A DNA stretch of 64,000 nt from positions 1,088,001 through 1,152,000 of the forward strand of contig CAXXXD010000004.1 in NCBI GenBank assembly GCA_963663385.2, in the 5' to 3' direction. The notes under the pieces were generated by a model. The model was not told the DNA's origin and did no database searches. It saw only the letters and a list, made by a program, of their open reading frames with translations. Shown piece by piece: positions 60,695 to 64,000 of this stretch. This DNA comes from Oceanispirochaeta sp. GTDB taxonomy: Bacteria; Spirochaetota; Spirochaetia; DSM-2461. Positions within the stretch are counted from its first letter, which is position 1. Each line of letters starts with the position of its first letter. The translations under genes and the position numbers were made by a program.

Positions 60695-61012
60695 ATGAAA
60701 CATACAAATCCCCTTGAAATAATAATAGAGAAAAACTTTACTGAATTGGAAATGGCCATCCATCCCAATGACGGGGAAGATCTGGATCTCTATACCCGAG
60801 AACAGTATATGATCTTCTATAGCGGTCAGTCTCTGGAAAAATTCAGGACGGGAGAGGGGCAGCTGGGTGAGGGTGAACTCCATCTGTTAAATGAATGCGC
60901 CATGGGGACGTTAAAGGTATCCGAATACCTCTGCGGAAGGCTGCAGTATTGCGAGAAAGCCATGCTGATCCGCGATGACAACAAACTCTTCCTAGCCTAC
61001 CGGGATGAATGA
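60695..61012 (+). CDS. Hypothetical protein
   Basis: 105-aa ORF filling the intergenic gap, followed by a repeat/hairpin; no family recognised. Confidence 0.55.
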   Translation: MKHTNPLEIIIEKNFTELEMAIHPNDGEDLDLYTREQYMIFYSGQSLEKFRTGEGQLGEGELHLLNECAMGTLKVSEYLCGRLQYCEKAMLIRDDNKLFLAYRDE

Positions 61013-61022
61013 AATAACTTGA

Positions 61023-61042
61023 CCCCTCGACCCCGCTCGGGG
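61023..61042 (+). repeat. Intergenic repeat family A, copy 4
   Basis: CCCCTCGACCCCGCTCGGGG between convergent genes. Confidence 0.6.
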
Positions 61043-61071
61043 ATCTCGGGGGGGGGTAACCTTTTATCTTG

Positions 61072-61935
61072 TCAGCCTTTTACGGCACCCAGAGTCAGTC
61101 CTTTAACAAGGGATTTCTGGGTAACCCATCCGAGTATGACCGCAGGCAGAATGGCCACTGTTGATGATGCGGAGAGCTGTGCCACAAACATCCCCTGCTG
61201 TTCCCTGAACCGGGACATATAGACCGGCAGTGTCGCCGTTGAATTCCCGGTCAGGTTGAATCCCAGAAAGAACTCATTCCATACAAAAATCGCAACAAGA
61301 AGCCCAGATGAAATCAAACCTGTTCTTACCAGGGGCAGCGCTATGGAGACAAGCTGTCTGAATCTGGAACAGCCGTCAATTTCCGATGCTTCTATAATGG
61401 ATTTGGGAACATCGGAAAAGAAAGAGTGAAGCATCCAGACAACTATCGGTACATGAAAGCCTATGTAGGCTATCAGCAGCCCCAGAGGGGATTTTATCAG
61501 ATTGAATTTCTGATACCAGGTATAAAGGGGGATAATAACGGCTACCGGCGGAAGAAGGATCGTTGTAATAAACCATACATAGAACTTTTCCCCAGTATTT
61601 TTCTTTTTAAATTTGCCAAAAACCAGAACAAAAGAAGCCGGGACCGCCAGAAGCAGACAGAAAAGGGTGGTAAAGAATACCTGAAAGCAGGAATTTTTAA
61701 GATAACCAAACATATTTCTGTCGCTCAACACCATTTTAATGGTTTCCAGAGTCGGTTTAAATATCAGACTGGGACGGACCGCCTGATGTTCCGTTTTGAA
61801 AGATGTCAGAAACATATAAAGAATGGGAGAAAAATAGATTATGGCTATGGCAAAAATAACCAGAGTCAGAATGGTTAGCTTAATCCTTTTTTTCGTCCGG
61901 TGTTTTTTTTCTATATTGATTGTTGAATTTTCCAT
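61072..61935 (-). CDS. Carbohydrate ABC transporter permease (MalG-like)
   Basis: TSFKTE, LPPVAVIIP, EAA-like motif IIEASEIDGC, WNEF. ATG at 61935 follows GGGGGAG. Confidence 0.92.
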   Translation of the reverse strand: MENSTINIEKKHRTKKRIKLTILTLVIFAIAIIYFSPILYMFLTSFKTEHQAVRPSLIFKPTLETIKMVLSDRNMFGYLKNSCFQVFFTTLFCLLLAVPASFVLVFGKFKKKNTGEKFYVWFITTILLPPVAVIIPLYTWYQKFNLIKSPLGLLIAYIGFHVPIVVWMLHSFFSDVPKSIIEASEIDGCSRFRQLVSIALPLVRTGLISSGLLVAIFVWNEFFLGFNLTGNSTATLPVYMSRFREQQGMFVAQLSASSTVAILPAVILGWVTQKSLVKGLTLGAVKG

Positions 61936-61952
61936 CAGTAATCTCCCCCCTG

Positions 61953-62840
61953 TCACTCGTAGGTTGCACTGCGTTTCTTGATGATTCTGTAAAGAACATT
62001 TACGGCAATCAGAGTGATAATAACAGTCATGGTCGCAAGGGCTCCGGCACGGCCAACCTGGGAACCATTAAAAATCTCCATATAAACCGCATAGGGTAGG
62101 TTGTAGGAGCGTGTACCCGGTCCGCCCGCTGTGGTTACCAGGATCAAACCGATTTCCTTTACGATAAAAATCAACCCCAGCATGATGGCTACCATCATAT
62201 GCTGAGAGATCATGGGCAGTTTTATTTCGAAGGTCGCCCGGAACCAGCTGGCGCCGTCTACTCTCATACTGTCTTCCACATCCTGCGGAATCCCCTGAAG
62301 ACCAGCCAGGATAATCAGCACGAAAAAGGGAATCCACTGCCATGAGAACAGGAATATAATAACTCCCATGGGGCGGTAGCTCAGAAGGTCTACCGGTGTC
62401 AGCCCCAGGGCCTTTGTTATAACACCGTACCAGCCGAAGGTAGTATTCAGTATGGTTGTTTTCCAGATAACACCGCTTGCCGTAGACATAACGAAGAAGG
62501 GGCCCATAATAAGAGTCCTGGCAATGTTGATACCAGGCACATGGTGGTCCAGCAATATTGAAAAAAGAAAACCGGCAACAGCACAAATGACAAGCGTTGA
62601 GAGGGTGAGCACAATGGTTTGCCAGAAAATAGTGTAGAATTCCGGTATTTCTGAAAAATCCGAAATCTTCAGAAAATAGGCGTAGTTTTTTAATCCGTTG
62701 AATTTGATGCCCAGATCAGGACGTGATAAATTCCATTTCAGAGTTGAAAAGATAATTGTCAGCAGAAATGGTATCTGAGTCATGACTGCTACAACAATTA
62801 CCGCGGGTAATAGAAATAACCAGTCTCTTTCCTTTTTCAT
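61953..62840 (-). CDS. Carbohydrate ABC transporter permease (MalF-like)
   Basis: GLKNY, WQWIPF..LIILAGLQ, RVDGAS, TAGGPG. Confidence 0.92.
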   Translation of the reverse strand: MKKERDWLFLLPAVIVVAVMTQIPFLLTIIFSTLKWNLSRPDLGIKFNGLKNYAYFLKISDFSEIPEFYTIFWQTIVLTLSTLVICAVAGFLFSILLDHHVPGINIARTLIMGPFFVMSTASGVIWKTTILNTTFGWYGVITKALGLTPVDLLSYRPMGVIIFLFSWQWIPFFVLIILAGLQGIPQDVEDSMRVDGASWFRATFEIKLPMISQHMMVAIMLGLIFIVKEIGLILVTTAGGPGTRSYNLPYAVYMEIFNGSQVGRAGALATMTVIITLIAVNVLYRIIKKRSATYE

Positions 62841-62938
62841 AAGGTATCCTTAAAAAAGTCGAAGTGTTTTAAAAAAGTATAATATATATTTATTTAATGT
62901 CCCGAATTATTTTGAAATCATTATGTTGTTATGAAATC

Positions 62939-62961
62939 CCGGGCAGCCTGAAGCTGCCCGG
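62939..62961 (-). terminator. Stem-loop after the solute-binding protein gene
   Basis: CCGGGCAGC-CTGAA-GCTGCCCGG. Confidence 0.6.
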
Positions 62962-62989
62962 AATAAAGATTTAAACTGAATTATGCCGA

Positions 62990-64000
62990 TTAACGGTAGT
63001 CACCATCAATGGCGACCTGGTTAAATACGTCTTCTGTTTTCTTAATGGCTTCGTCCAGTGTAATTTTGTCTACAACATAGTCAGCCAGGTACTGGGTCAT
63101 TTTGGTTCCCGCATCGGCGAATTCGGGAATGGCAATATACTGCAGGCCCACATAGGGAACAGGATCCATGGTGGGTTTGGTGAAATCGGTGGATTCCAGA
63201 GTCTTCAGTGTCATTTCTGCGTAAGGAGCCGATTTGTATGCATCCAGTTTATAGGTTGACGAACGGGAAGCGGGCGGTGTAAGAGATCCGGTTGCATCCA
63301 GCTCGGTTGTCAGCTTGATATATTCTTTGGACGTTGCCCACAGGATAAAATCAAATGCCGCTTTTTTCTTGTCATCGCTGCTGTTGGGGTTGATTCCCAT
63401 AGACCAGTTCCACAGCCATGCGGTGTTGGTTTTCATTTTCTGATGGGGAGGAAGAACGTATCCGACTTTACCGGCCACAGCAGAACCTTCCGATTCCAGA
63501 GGAGGTGCAATGGATGTGGCATCGTAGTAGATACCGCATTTCCCGGACTGCATCAGGGCGATACATTCGTTATAGGTATAGGAGAGGATATCTTCCTGGC
63601 CTGCTTCTCTCAGGATTTTCTTGTACATCTCCCAGGCTCCTCTCTGTTCGGGGGTATCAATTGTGGCATTCCAGTCCATATCGTAAAAACGTCCGCCGAA
63701 TGCATTAACCATTGTCACAAAAGGGGCGCCGCTCATGCCCCAACCGGGAGCGCCGCGCATTGTCATACCTACGATTCCGTTGGCAGGATCATGTATTTTC
63801 TTGGCCAGTTCGTAGATTTCGTCCCATGAGGGAGAATCAGGCATTGTGAGGCCTTTTGCAGCAAACAGTTCTTTGTTGTACATAATAAAGGAGCTTTCAC
63901 CGTAGAAGGGAAGAGCGTAGGAATCGCCGTCGAGAGACAGAGATCCAACCATCCCCTGGATCAGGTCAGCACGGTCATACCAGTTTGCTTTATCAGCGCT
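62990..64000 (-). CDS. Sugar ABC transporter substrate-binding protein (polyol SmoE/MtlE-like), 5' end outside the window
   Basis: ALPFYGESS, MRGAPGWG, WLWNW, WATSKEY, PVPYVGLQYIAIPEF resemble sorbitol/mannitol-binding proteins. Confidence 0.85.
   Translation of the reverse strand, partial: SADKANWYDRADLIQGMVGSLSLDGDSYALPFYGESSFIMYNKELFAAKGLTMPDSPSWDEIYELAKKIHDPANGIVGMTMRGAPGWGMSGAPFVTMVNAFGGRFYDMDWNATIDTPEQRGAWEMYKKILREAGQEDILSYTYNECIALMQSGKCGIYYDATSIAPPLESEGSAVAGKVGYVLPPHQKMKTNTAWLWNWSMGINPNSSDDKKKAAFDFILWATSKEYIKLTTELDATGSLTPPASRSSTYKLDAYKSAPYAEMTLKTLESTDFTKPTMDPVPYVGLQYIAIPEFADAGTKMTQYLADYVVDKITLDEAIKKTEDVFNQVAIDGDYR

Overview
A 64-kb bacterial chromosomal window, probably from a free-living Spirochaetaceae member. 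This is inferred from the NGQSE/EGQQD-type solute-binding-protein N-termini and a spirochaete-type PilZ protein. No rRNA, tRNA, CRISPR array, integrase or transposase was recognised. From left to right the window holds: (1) a hexuronate locus with uxaA, uxaB, a FadR-type regulator and a palindromic operator, a membrane-anchored AraC regulator, TRAP dctPQM, an esterase and two URO-D/MtaA-like proteins; (2) a ugd / GH2 beta-glucuronidase / glycosyltransferase / metallophosphoesterase operon; (3) oxidative-stress genes (katG, rubredoxin-domain protein, ferredoxin-rubrerythrin fusion); (4) asd, an acyl-CoA ligase, a STAS protein and a HisKA-REC protein; (5) umuDC with a variant SOS-box-like palindrome, then Uma2 and ppk2; (6) an EctR-like MarR regulator with a betaine ABC transporter, MATE and SWIM-SNF2; (7) a CBS / EIIA-CBS / ArsB-NhaD operon preceded by a signal-peptide uORF ending in RGPP plus an SD-sequestering hairpin, the top candidate for an undescribed arrest-peptide-controlled system; (8) an MCP, three tandem AIM24 genes, relBE, a solitary 59-bp attC-like site and an orphan RHS-CT/immunity-like pair; (9) a decayed AraC/URO-D pair, an intact URO-D/AraC pair, a degenerate hybrid kinase, DUF89 and a polyol-type ABC transporter. 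Two small intergenic palindromic repeat families recur. All calls come from motif recognition by eye; no database searches were run.
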